DNA of 64,000 bases. Source: Salisapilia sapeloensis CBS 127946 (lineage: Eukaryota; Protista; Oomycota). Of this stretch, positions 52,522-62,254 are shown in pieces. The stretch lies in the NCBI GenBank assembly GCA_023334545.1, contig JAADVB010000003.1, forward strand, positions 62,001 to 126,000. The letters run 5' to 3'. Position numbers and translations under genes: made by a program. The stretch's first letter is position 1; every line of letters begins with the position of its first letter. Under the pieces are notes generated by a model. That model did not search any database, was not told the origin of the DNA, and saw nothing but the letters and a program-made list of their open reading frames with translations.

Positions 52522-55500
52522 ATGGATGAAGAACTCCTTCGTGCTGTGGACAGTGCTGTTGATCATGTCGACGACGAGTACGTTACCGATGAGGAGCTTG
52601 AGCTGCAAGATCTCGAGCCTGATCGTCGCCATTCTGTCGCATCGTCCGCTTCGTCTTCACAACGTGCTGGTCGTCCGAGCGTAGCAGATCGTCCAACGTC
52701 TTCAGCCCAGATGAAGCACCGAGGCAGCGTTACGGAAGGAAAGTCGTCTCGTCGAGCCAGTATGATCGACTCAAGCTCGAGAAAAAGTTCACAAAGTCGT
52801 TTATTAGCCGGAACAGCAGCTTCCGACCTCAAGCGCAAGTCGAGTATGTCGGAGAATGAGCCTCCGAATCGTTCTCAAGCTACAAACCCATCTCGTCGTC
52901 TCGGTACGACATCTACGCGTCGTCCAGCCACTGCCAAGAGCAAGCCTGTCTCGGCTGCAGAAGCTCGACGCGCCTATGATCAGTCCTTACGCCAGCGTCT
53001 CGAAGGCGATCGACCTCGATCAAATAACGCCACGTCTCGCATTCGTTCTCAACCGAGCAATCGTCGTGCGAGCTTAGCGTCATCTACTTGCTCGACCGAG
53101 TCGAATTCCTCTACTTCATCGATCTTCCCATCGTCTTTGCCGTCGAAAGGCGGTCGATACGCCCAAGCTCGTCGTGCATCTGTCGCACCTGAAGAGCGTA
53201 GTAGTCATTCAATACAGGATATGAGTCCAGAGGCTGTGAAGCAGCGGCATTCGTTAACGACGCAAGAAGTACAGGAAGCGATTGCACGTGCCCAACGCGC
53301 CAAATCATCGACGAATCCGCGTGTACAGGAGCGAGCGACGGAGCGTGTGCAAGGTCTTGTGCAGGAGATGGCTGACAGTGGTTCTGCTCTCGTATCTGCT
53401 TTTGACAGTCTCCAGACGCGTAGTCAGCGTCTGGAAGAGGAGCTAGGCGAGTCTTCCACGACGTTGGAGAATCTCCGTAGGTCGGTGAAGGACAGAGATG
53501 AAGAGATTCGTCGATTGAGGGAAGAAAAACGACAGGAGAAGGTTGCATCGAGTGCCAAGATGGCGGAAGAAGCCGTGCAGGAAGTGGATTCATCTGCTTC
53601 TGACCTGAAAGAGATGGTTTTAAAAGCTTCCGAACGGATTGAAGAGAAGTGGAAGGCTCGCGTTGCGAAGATGAAGGAAGATTTTGAAACGCAGTTGACG
53701 AAAGAACGGGAGAAAACGTCTGAATCCGTTCTCTCGACCTCGCGACTAGTTACCGAGACGAAACAGGAGAAGGAGGATGCTCTCCAGTCGTATAAAGAAG
53801 AGAACTCGACGCTTTTGAATCAAAAGAAACAACTGGAGATTGATCTCGGTGCCGCGAATCGCGAACTGGAGTTCGTCCGATCGCAATTGAGTAGTGATGA
53901 TGCTGCTCGAAGTGATGATGCGCATAGCTTTTGGCAGCGTACGACGGACTTGGAGCGTAAGAATCGAGAGCTGAATGAAGAAGTGACGCGATTGACGCAG
54001 CAAGTGACGAAGTTGACGCAGCACGAGAGTGCGATGCGGAAGGCTGCGCAGGAGCTACGTCAGGAGACTGCAGAGAAGATTAGAGCTGCCAAGGAGAAAG
54101 AGGCGGAGAGGCTGGCGATGCAAGAAAAGTTGAGCAAGGTCGAGCAGGAGGTGAGTGTCGAGAAGGACAAGACGCAGCAGTTGGAAGTATCGAATGAGCA
54201 GCTCACAGCGGAGAATACGGCTTTGTATGCGCAGATGGTAGCGCAGCAGACTGCGCATGAGAAGGAGTTGGAGGACGAGAAGAAGAGATCGGAGCGTCGG
54301 CAGTTGGAGCTAAACGATGAAGTGAGGTTGTTGGAGCAACATAATCGCGTGATTAAAGAGTCTAGTCACGTCCCGACGAGTGACACTGCGTCTATCGCGA
54401 CTGACATGTCAGATAACGTTAGCGCTAGTGACTGTAATGAGCCGAATGTCGAGTTGCAGGAGGTGACGACGGAGCTACTGCAGGCGAGACGTCAGTTGTC
54501 GGAGAAGAGTCATCAGATCACGAGTCTCGAGCAACAGATTGCCGAGAATGAAAAGGTGCGACGCAAGTTGCATAATACGATCCAAGAGATGAAGGGTAAT
54601 ATCCGTGTGAATGTTCGTCTACGTCCGTTCTTGCCTGGCGATGGCGAAGCGACAACGCCTTCAATCATGTGTGATCCGATCGGATCGACCTTGTCGACTC
54701 GAACTGAGACGCCACATACGTTTGCATTTGATAAAGTGTTTGGTCAGAGTCATGACCAGCAGCATGTCTTTGATGAAGTGAAAGACTTTATCCAATCTGC
54801 GCTGGATGGGTATAACGTTTGTATCTTTGCATACGGACAAACCGGATCGGGGAAGACACATACGATGCAAGGGAGTGGGAAGAATCAGATGCGTGGAATC
54901 ATCCCTCGATCCATCCAACAGATTATTGAGAACTGTCGGGAGCTCGAGGAACAAGGATGGACGTATACGCTTCACGCGTCTTTCTATGAGATTTATAACG
55001 AAACGATTCGAGACTTGTTGACGTCGGAGCAGGATCAAAAGTATGCCATTCGAACGGATGCCAAGGGCCGGAATTATGTCGACGGATTGGTGCGACAAGA
55101 GATTAATCTCGAGGATGCACAGCAAGAGGTGGAGAACGTCATGGGCACGGCGGCGAGAAATCGGTCGGTCCAGAAGACTGATATGAATGCCCATTCGTCC
55201 CGTAGTCATAGTATCTTTTTGTTGTCGATTCATGGCGTGAATGACGTTCAAGGGACGGAGATGGAGGGAACGTTGAATCTCGTGGACTTGGCCGGGAGTG
55301 AACGACTCGGTCGGTCGAAAGCGACGGGCGATCGACTTAAGGAGACACAGGCGATTAATAAAAGTTTGAGTAACTTGGCGAATGTCTTCCAGGCGCTCGT
55401 GAAGAAGACGACGCATGTGCCGTATAGGAATTCCAAGCTCACGTATGCACTCCAGCCAGCTTTATCAGGCGACGGGAAGACGTTGATGATGGTGAATCTC

Positions 55501-55653
55501 TCGCCGACGGAATCGTCGATTGAAGAGAGCTTGTGTTCACTCCGGTTTGCCCAGAATGTGAGTCAATGTGAATTGGGGACACCTACGAGGCAGATTAAGA
55601 TGCAGTCGAACGGATCGGCTGCGTCGAGGATGCGAGGGTCAAGAGTGCGTTAA
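52522..55653 (+). CDS. Kinesin-14 (C-terminal motor, minus-end type), 1043 aa, intronless
   Basis: RRKLHNTIQEMKGNIRV neck; IFAYGQTGSGKTHTM; NAHSSRSH; LVDLAGSER; HVPYRNSKLT; long coiled coil and basic Ser/Arg-rich N-terminal tail. Confidence 0.96.
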   Translation: MDEELLRAVDSAVDHVDDEYVTDEELELQDLEPDRRHSVASSASSSQRAGRPSVADRPTSSAQMKHRGSVTEGKSSRRASMIDSSSRKSSQSRLLAGTAASDLKRKSSMSENEPPNRSQATNPSRRLGTTSTRRPATAKSKPVSAAEARRAYDQSLRQRLEGDRPRSNNATSRIRSQPSNRRASLASSTCSTESNSSTSSIFPSSLPSKGGRYAQARRASVAPEERSSHSIQDMSPEAVKQRHSLTTQEVQEAIARAQRAKSSTNPRVQERATERVQGLVQEMADSGSALVSAFDSLQTRSQRLEEELGESSTTLENLRRSVKDRDEEIRRLREEKRQEKVASSAKMAEEAVQEVDSSASDLKEMVLKASERIEEKWKARVAKMKEDFETQLTKEREKTSESVLSTSRLVTETKQEKEDALQSYKEENSTLLNQKKQLEIDLGAANRELEFVRSQLSSDDAARSDDAHSFWQRTTDLERKNRELNEEVTRLTQQVTKLTQHESAMRKAAQELRQETAEKIRAAKEKEAERLAMQEKLSKVEQEVSVEKDKTQQLEVSNEQLTAENTALYAQMVAQQTAHEKELEDEKKRSERRQLELNDEVRLLEQHNRVIKESSHVPTSDTASIATDMSDNVSASDCNEPNVELQEVTTELLQARRQLSEKSHQITSLEQQIAENEKVRRKLHNTIQEMKGNIRVNVRLRPFLPGDGEATTPSIMCDPIGSTLSTRTETPHTFAFDKVFGQSHDQQHVFDEVKDFIQSALDGYNVCIFAYGQTGSGKTHTMQGSGKNQMRGIIPRSIQQIIENCRELEEQGWTYTLHASFYEIYNETIRDLLTSEQDQKYAIRTDAKGRNYVDGLVRQEINLEDAQQEVENVMGTAARNRSVQKTDMNAHSSRSHSIFLLSIHGVNDVQGTEMEGTLNLVDLAGSERLGRSKATGDRLKETQAINKSLSNLANVFQALVKKTTHVPYRNSKLTYALQPALSGDGKTLMMVNLSPTESSIEESLCSLRFAQNVSQCELGTPTRQIKMQSNGSAASRMRGSRVR

Positions 55654-55734
55654 GATGAAGAGATCGTTGGCAAGTCTTTTTGAAAATTCTGGATGAAAAA
55701 ATAGTTTGCTACATGCATATCGTTTTTCTTATGT

Positions 55735-55998
55735 CTATTCGTCCGTGCATTTGAGGTAAAGGATCATGCGCGTAAAGTAGGTGAGCGTGCAGATGGCGCA
55801 GATGACGAGCGTGATGATGAACGCACCGGAGCCTTCGGGTCCAGACGGTATCGCACCTTTGCTGTCGTACTTGTCGTTCGAGTAGCCATAGTCCAAGGCT
55901 AGCGGGAGTCCAATGGCCCAGAAGAGCGCGTGCGTCGCGATGAGGTTGAATGTCCAGCCGTAGTTGTCGTTGAGGTAGCCACCTAGTGTCTTTGTCAT
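55735..55998 (-). CDS. Hypothetical 87-aa protein with two hydrophobic segments
   Basis: ATG-initiated ORF between the PSMA6 stop and the kinesin stop; hydrophobic [19 protein letters not shown] and [17 protein letters not shown]; INR/FPR-like motif just upstream. Confidence 0.55.
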   Translation of the reverse strand: MTKTLGGYLNDNYGWTFNLIATHALFWAIGLPLALDYGYSNDKYDSKGAIPSGPEGSGAFIITLVICAICTLTYFTRMILYLKCTDE

Positions 55999-56006
55999 GC
56001 TGTCTA

Positions 56007-56020
56007 GAATGAAGGAATGA
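56007..56020 (-). promoter_or_regulatory. INR/FPR-like motif upstream of the 87-aa membrane ORF
   Basis: Minus strand TCATTCCTTCATTC fits TCATTYBNNNWTTY; it could alternatively be a pyrimidine tract before a CTAG acceptor. Confidence 0.45.
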
Positions 56021-56089
56021 ACAAAGAGACGGAAGTGTGGGTTTTGAAACGTCTTTCAAGGCCGTTTCTATTGAGATTGGAGGTTGGAT

Positions 56090-57050
56090 CTAGTCTCGTT
56101 CACTGATAGCAGTCAAGTGGCCTTCCACCTCTTGCTCGCTCAACTTTCGGAACCTAGCACATGGATTAGATGCATGTGGTCTATAGATAATACGGAAGAT
56201 AATACCTCTGTCCTTGGGAGATGACGCCGACTTCGACTTCATCCGGACGGAAATCGGCGGATAGAACGGATTGGAGACACGTGATGGCCGTGTGGAGCGT
56301 TGTTTCATCGTCCATGGCCGGGTCGGCCTTGATCTTCTTCTCGAGGTAGTTCTGCGCCTCCTGCTCTTTCGATCCAGCCGACGTGGCCTTGTAGCCCCAG
56401 AAGTGGCCGGCCGGATCGATCTTGTACAGCTGAGGTCCCTTTTCGTCGTCGTAGCTGATGAGCATCGTGATGACGCCAAAGGCACGCATGGACGCGTGCT
56501 GCGTGTACACTTGTGCGACGTCAGCAATACGCTTGGCGAGGACGTGGCACGGCATTTTGTATCCGTATTTGAACTCGAACTCGTGCGCTTCGTGACGAAG
56601 ACGCTGGACTTGCGCTTTCGAGTCAGCTAATAAGGACGAAATAGACCGTTAGGATTGATATAGAGTAGATTGAGAGATGATAGCGTACCGTATAGGCCAG
56701 TCATGAGGCATCCGATCTCGGGCGTGATGGAAAAAATGTTCGTGACGGACTCCGGGTCGATCAATTTGTCCTAACGCATGCAGTGAGCATGTAGATCCAT
56801 TGATATCTTGCCTATGAGTATGGTACCTGCACTTTTTTCTGCGTGACAAAGGCGCAGCTCGTTTTCCCACGAACAGCGACGGACGTCAGGCCACTCTCCT
56901 TGGCAGCCTTGAACGCGTATTCTGTCCATTCAAACTTTACTTGAGACGATGTATATTGCTAAGACGACGTCTGTCGAACGTACCGATCTGATAGAGTCTC
57001 CCCTCAGGTGAGAAGATAGTAATATGTCGGTCATATCCTTCCGCCGCCAT
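56090..57050 (-). CDS. PSMA6: 20S proteasome subunit alpha type-6 (alpha1), multi-exon
   Basis: [22 protein letters not shown]; [22 protein letters not shown]; [34 protein letters not shown]. Confidence 0.96.
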
Positions 57051-57238
57051 GACAATTTAAGCTGCTTCTTCCGTTCTTAAGATCTTCGTCTTACGAAATG
57101 GACTTGTCTTTTTAAACTAAAACGTTACAATTAGGAACGAATTAACCATTCTAGGCTACAATTCGAAAAAATACTTTGAAAGGCTACATATCGATAGAAG
57201 ACAAGTCTATTCGTTCGAATGGAGAAAAACGACTAAAC

Positions 57239-58915
57239 TTAGTGGTTGATGAAAAAGGCTTGGAGCAGACCGATGAGTAGGCCGAGGACACCACCCATGA
57301 GTACCAACTTCCACTCGTCTTCTTGAAAGACTGGATGTAAAAGCTGCTCAAACTCTTCGGAACTGATGCCCTTCATCTTTTCTCGTAAAGTCGTCTCGAG
57401 ATCCAAAGCTTCCGTCGCATAGTCCTCAATCTGTCGAAGACTGTCTGGGAATTTATCCACAATATGATTCGTCACGTCGTCCTTGATGTTCATGTACGTA
57501 TCTTCTCCGATGCTCATGTTCATAATACGCTCCGTCGTCCTCGCACTGTCGTTGACAGCGTCCTGGACATTGTCGTACACGAGTTCAAACAGGCGATCTG
57601 AGTACGGACCTTTGAGGATGGCTTCGATGATATTATGCGACGTCAAGACCTCCGACGCGACCATTCGACCGTAGACGTACGACACTTCATTCTGTCGACG
57701 TAAGAAGAGACCTTGCATGGTGATACCACAGATACGCTTCGGGTTCACGGGGTTGAAGATCATCTTTAACGCCAACCAGTTCGTCAGTGTCCCGACGACG
57801 AGACCGACGACGGGGAAGACGACCATGCGGTCGGTGTAAACGAACCAGAGACCCATCTGCATCAGACCAAAGAGCAGACCCATGTACGCACCAGCGTTTC
57901 GGATAAACGACAGCTCCTTGTAGCCACAGACGAGGAACATGTTCACGAGAAGTTGCGGGTCTCGCATCATGTTGTGCACGACCATGTCTTCGAGGTCAAA
58001 GACGTCTTCGATATTATTCCGGATTTCATTCATCAGCGCTTCGATGTGTGCCGGAGCTTCTTCCTTGACTTTCTGAATGATCTCGTCTTTCACGCGGGAC
58101 GGTAGGACGTTCCAAAGGTCCGGATTGTACTTGAGGGCCATGTCTTCAATGATATCTTGGATCGTATTGAAGAGAATGGGCTCGAGCACTTCCACCACAC
58201 GACCTGGTTCGACGCGCGAGAAGACTTCCTTGATGCTCAAGAGCTTCTGCGTCATGATCTGACACGTCTGTCGAGCCATCTTCTCTCCTTTAAACGGCAC
58301 AATGCCTTGCCAACCGAGACCGGTGTTTGTGCCTGGAATCTGGAGAACACCGAGGTAGTTGAGAGGGTAAAAGGTCATCCAGAGCGCGAGCCAGATGTGG
58401 ATGTACGTGAAGGCAACGCAGACGAGCGGGATAGACCCGTACTTGATCAATTGCTCGGACGAGATACCAGCGTCTTCTAGTGGATCTTTCAAGGCAGTAA
58501 AGCATAGGATAGCAACGATAATGAATAGAACGAGTAGGATGCCGATAGGTATCGTCGGAAGTTCAATCACCGGTGGGAACTTGGCGGCTTTACTCTTGCC
58601 ATCCTTTTTTTTACTATCGCTCTGATTTTTATCCGTTAGCGGGACAAAGTCCGTCACGATACCAGGAGACGATAAACCTTCTTCTGTCGCGACTTGTGCC
58701 ATACCTAAGAGAGTAAATCGACAACTTGTCGCGAGTTCCTGTGGTTCGATCTGCGCCCATCGTGCCGGAGCAAAGTGAATCACTTCGTCCCCAGAGAAAT
58801 GCCGCAATTGTGGTGCAAGAGGAGCAAAGCGTCCGTTCTCGAACTTGCGTAGCCAGTCCTCGAGCTGCGCAGCGCCCCAATTCGCTGGATTTACCAGCGC
58901 TTCTTGCTTGGCCAT
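57239..58915 (-). CDS. DUF445 (UPF0754)-family membrane protein with an N-terminal SAM-like domain, intronless
   Basis: YIHIWLALWMTFYP, GWQGIVPFKGEKMA, GTLTNWLALKMIFNP, QGLFLRRQNEVS, EFEQLLHPVFQEDEWKLVLMGGVLGLLIG; N-terminal PANWGAAQLEDWL...RF...FSG. Confidence 0.82.
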   Translation of the reverse strand: MAKQEALVNPANWGAAQLEDWLRKFENGRFAPLAPQLRHFSGDEVIHFAPARWAQIEPQELATSCRFTLLGMAQVATEEGLSSPGIVTDFVPLTDKNQSDSKKKDGKSKAAKFPPVIELPTIPIGILLVLFIIVAILCFTALKDPLEDAGISSEQLIKYGSIPLVCVAFTYIHIWLALWMTFYPLNYLGVLQIPGTNTGLGWQGIVPFKGEKMARQTCQIMTQKLLSIKEVFSRVEPGRVVEVLEPILFNTIQDIIEDMALKYNPDLWNVLPSRVKDEIIQKVKEEAPAHIEALMNEIRNNIEDVFDLEDMVVHNMMRDPQLLVNMFLVCGYKELSFIRNAGAYMGLLFGLMQMGLWFVYTDRMVVFPVVGLVVGTLTNWLALKMIFNPVNPKRICGITMQGLFLRRQNEVSYVYGRMVASEVLTSHNIIEAILKGPYSDRLFELVYDNVQDAVNDSARTTERIMNMSIGEDTYMNIKDDVTNHIVDKFPDSLRQIEDYATEALDLETTLREKMKGISSEEFEQLLHPVFQEDEWKLVLMGGVLGLLIGLLQAFFINH

Positions 58916-59147
58916 GACGAAGAATGCTGACTATCGCGTCCGAAACGGTTGATGTCAACTACCTATACAAACATCAAGTGACTTGTGCTGGACAGTCTAT
59001 CTTTCATGGGTAGTGGCTACTTGTAGCATTTCGTAATCTTTATCATTTGTAATTGTCGAAAGTGGCTATTTGAAAGTCGAAAGGAGGCTAGATCGGAAAG
59101 ATTCGAGAAGACGGACACTTGGAAAAACACGTTGTGAGAGAAGAAGC

Positions 59148-60685
59148 ATGGGCGTCGTCAAGGTGAATGGAGAGAGTGAATGGAACTCCCAGTTGACGAA
59201 TGCAGGTGGGAAATTGGTCGTAGTCGACTTTTCAGCTACTTGGTACGTGCTTCTAGTACAAAAGCCATTGGAACGTGTATACTTATAAGATGTAGGTGTG
59301 GGCCGTGCCAAATGATTAAACCGGTTGTGGAGCAATTGAGTAACCAATACACGGATGTTCTCTTTCTAGAAGTGGATGAAGGATCCAATCGGTCTCTCAT
59401 CAGTGCACTTGGTGTAAGAGGCTTCCCAACCTTCCACTTTTACGTCAGTCAGAGCAAGGTTGATGAGCTCGTGGGAGCCGACCAGAACGCTTTGCGTCAG
59501 AAGATCGAGCAATGGCGTCAATCGGCTTTTAACCCCTTCGCCTCCACTGGCACAGCTCTTGGTGGTGGTTCTTCCATCCAGGACGCACGAGAAGCTCGTC
59601 TTCGTCGATTAGCAAATCTGGAAGCTTCTCAAGCGAAAGAGACTCAGAATCAGCCGAAAGATATTCAGCAGACGGAATCGAAAGCGTCCGAGGACCAGGA
59701 GATGGTTTGTGATATGGAAACCGGTGTCTGTCATGTCCCGGAGCCTGCGTCTAACAAGTCCGTTCCGTCGGACTCGACACCAGAAGTGAATCCGGAACTG
59801 ATGAGTCAGCTACAAGAGATGGGTTTCCCAGAGATTCGATGCAAGAAGGCCCTCTTGGCGACCAATGGGCAGGGTCTTGAGGATGCTGTGAACTGGATTG
59901 GTGAGCATCAGGATGACGCGGACATTGATGCGCCCATCCAGTACCTGGATATGGCGCAACACGCGAAGAAACCATTGACGGCAGAGGAGAAGGAAAAGAA
60001 AATTGAAGAACTAAAAGCCAAGATGAAGGCGAAACGAGCGGAGCGTCAGGAGAACGAAAAAGTGGAATTGACTGAAAGCGAGATCAAGAGGCGACAGACG
60101 GGAAAAGGGATGCAAGAGGCACAGGCTGAGCATGAATCTTTGCGTCGGAAGCGAGATATTGAGATGCGTAAAAAAGAAAAGGAAGATGCGAAGAGAGAGC
60201 GTGAACGTCTGCGTCGAGAACTGGAACGTGACAAGATGGAGCGCAAGGCTCGTGGTGGACGTCTCGGTGGTCCTCCGATCGATCTCCCGAATACCGACGG
60301 CGATAACCTTCCGCTTGAAGCAAAAGAAAAGAAAGAAAAGAAAGAGAAGGAGGTCTTGTCTCCGGAAGAGCAGATGGATAAGAGCTTGGACAAGTTGAAG
60401 AGGTACCGTGTCGCGGGAGACGGACATGCTGCCGTCAAGACACTCGGTGTGTACGTCAAGAACCTGTTGGAGAAACCAGACGAGGAAAAGTTCCGTTCGA
60501 TCAACCTCGAGAATGCAGCATTCAAGAAGCGTGTGGGTGGTCTTGTCGGTGGCATCTCTTTCCTCAAGGCACTTGGCTACGAAAAGGACGGCACGACGTT
60601 GGTTTTAAGTCTGGAGAAACGAGATGAAGCGTTGCTAAAGACAGCACAGGAAAAATTGTCGACAGCGTTAACGGAACTGGCTTAA
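59148..60685 (+). CDS. Thioredoxin (WCGPC) - SHP-like - UBA - coiled coil - PUB domain protein, 2 exons
   Basis: VVVDFSATW|CGPC (intron within the Trp codon), VRGFPTFHFY; PFASTGTALGGG; LQEMGFPEIRCKKALLATNGQGLEDAVNWI (UBA); KTLGVYVKNLLEKPDEEKFRSINLENAAFKKRVG...FLKALGY (PUB). Confidence 0.88.
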
Positions 60686-60712
60686 CAAGACTCTTTTTTT
60701 TCTACTGGCATG

Positions 60713-62077
60713 TTATATCGAAAAGAAACGACTGAAGAAACCTTTGGACGGTGTCGGTTTTGTCTCAGGTTCCGTCTCGACTGGTTCTTCCTCTGATTCT
60801 TCTTCCATTAGAGGTTGGAATGGACGTGTCGGGATAGGCGGAGACACGACGTCTGTCTGGATACCACTCACAATGATCGATACGTGGACAGTACCGGTAC
60901 TCGTCGGATCGTACGTCGTGCCGAAGATAATGTTCGCGTCTTCCGATACTTTGTTTCGAATCGTGTCCATCACTTTGTCCACTTCAAATAGTGTCATGTC
61001 CTCACCGCCTCGAATCGTCACGAGGAGCCCGACAGCAGATTCCGTTGGTAGGTCGCCTAGAAGAGGGTTCACAAGCGCCTTTTCCGCTGCCTTGAGCGCT
61101 CGGTCTTCAGCATCATCCGAGCTGCCGGATCCCATGAGCGCTCGCCCGGCGTTCGATAAGATGGTCTTGATGTCTGCGAAATCGAGATTGATTAACCCAG
61201 GTCGTATGATGAGGTCCGTCACGCCTCGAACACCTTCTAATAGCACTTCATCTGCGTATCGGAAGGCCTCTAGCATTGTCGTACGCTTACTCGCGAGCGC
61301 GAGGAGGTTCTGATTCGGAACGATAATCAAAGTGTCGACGTGTTTCGCGAGCTCCTGGACACCAGCATTGGCAAGACGTGTGCGGTTAGGACCTTCCGAC
61401 CGAAATGGCGTGCTGACGACGCCGACAGTGAGGATCCCGAGCTCCCTCGCTGTCGCTGCGACAACAGGAGCTGCTCCTGTGCAAGTTCCGCCACCCATAC
61501 CTCCTGTAATAAAGAGCATGTTACTATCCGACAGAGCTTGTTTAATCTCTTCTTTCTGTTGCTCGGCAGACTTTTGTCCTAACGCAGGCTTGGATCCGGC
61601 ACCAAGACCTTTCGTAACGTCCTCTCCAAGTGTGATTTTATGTGGTGCAAGGGAACGAGCAAGTGCTTGACAGTCTGTATTGGCCACGACAAACTCTACG
61701 CCATCCAGTTGAGCGGACACCATGTTATTAACCGCGTTGCTGCCGGCACCACCGAGTCCCATGACTGTAATCAGCGGTCGGCCGTGCTTGTAAGCGGATA
61801 AGAGAGGAGAGGATCGTTTCGATGTTTCCACCACTTCTGGAGTAGATGTAGCTGTTGTTTCTTGTTTCCGGGGACGAGAAGTATTCGTACGCTTGGTACT
61901 AGCAGCTTTCTTACTTCGTGTGCGACTAGACCGAGGTGGCGAGACATCGTCTTGAGCGCCATTAATTTTGCTCGTACTACTTTCCGTGTGCACTCCATGA
62001 GCTAGGAATGGAGAGCATCGACTCTTTCCGATGTACGTAAGACGTCTCGTAGCAAAAGTACGCGTACAGACGCTCAT
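60713..62077 (-). CDS. ftsZ: Mitochondrial-type FtsZ with N-terminal presequence, intronless
   Basis: MSVCTRTFATRRL presequence; ITVMGLGGAGSNAVNNM, VANTDCQAL, GLGAGSKP, GGMGGGTCTGAAP, TPFRSEGPNR, PGLINLDFADIK. Confidence 0.96.
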   Translation of the reverse strand: MSVCTRTFATRRLTYIGKSRCSPFLAHGVHTESSTSKINGAQDDVSPPRSSRTRSKKAASTKRTNTSRPRKQETTATSTPEVVETSKRSSPLLSAYKHGRPLITVMGLGGAGSNAVNNMVSAQLDGVEFVVANTDCQALARSLAPHKITLGEDVTKGLGAGSKPALGQKSAEQQKEEIKQALSDSNMLFITGGMGGGTCTGAAPVVAATARELGILTVGVVSTPFRSEGPNRTRLANAGVQELAKHVDTLIIVPNQNLLALASKRTTMLEAFRYADEVLLEGVRGVTDLIIRPGLINLDFADIKTILSNAGRALMGSGSSDDAEDRALKAAEKALVNPLLGDLPTESAVGLLVTIRGGEDMTLFEVDKVMDTIRNKVSEDANIIFGTTYDPTSTGTVHVSIIVSGIQTDVVSPPIPTRPFQPLMEEESEEEPVETEPETKPTPSKGFFSRFFSI

Positions 62078-62254
62078 GTAGACTAGAAGAGAGGAGATAC
62101 AGGAATCGATCAGAGCCGTTCGAGTCTGATGCGTATGTCTTAAAATTATAAATTGCCACTGTTCTTGTATTTTGAATAAAATGTATAGGACGATCACTTA
62201 GGATCGTGGCGAGGCTTGCTGGATGCCATGTTGGAGAGCTTGGATCTATTGGGA

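Noticed and set aside
1473-62197. ORF-track starts at GTG/TTG (e.g. 1473, 10667, 29970-ORF start 35381, 62197)
   Set aside because: The locus is eukaryotic (spliceosomal introns, nuclear proteins), so I reassigned starts to ATG codons.
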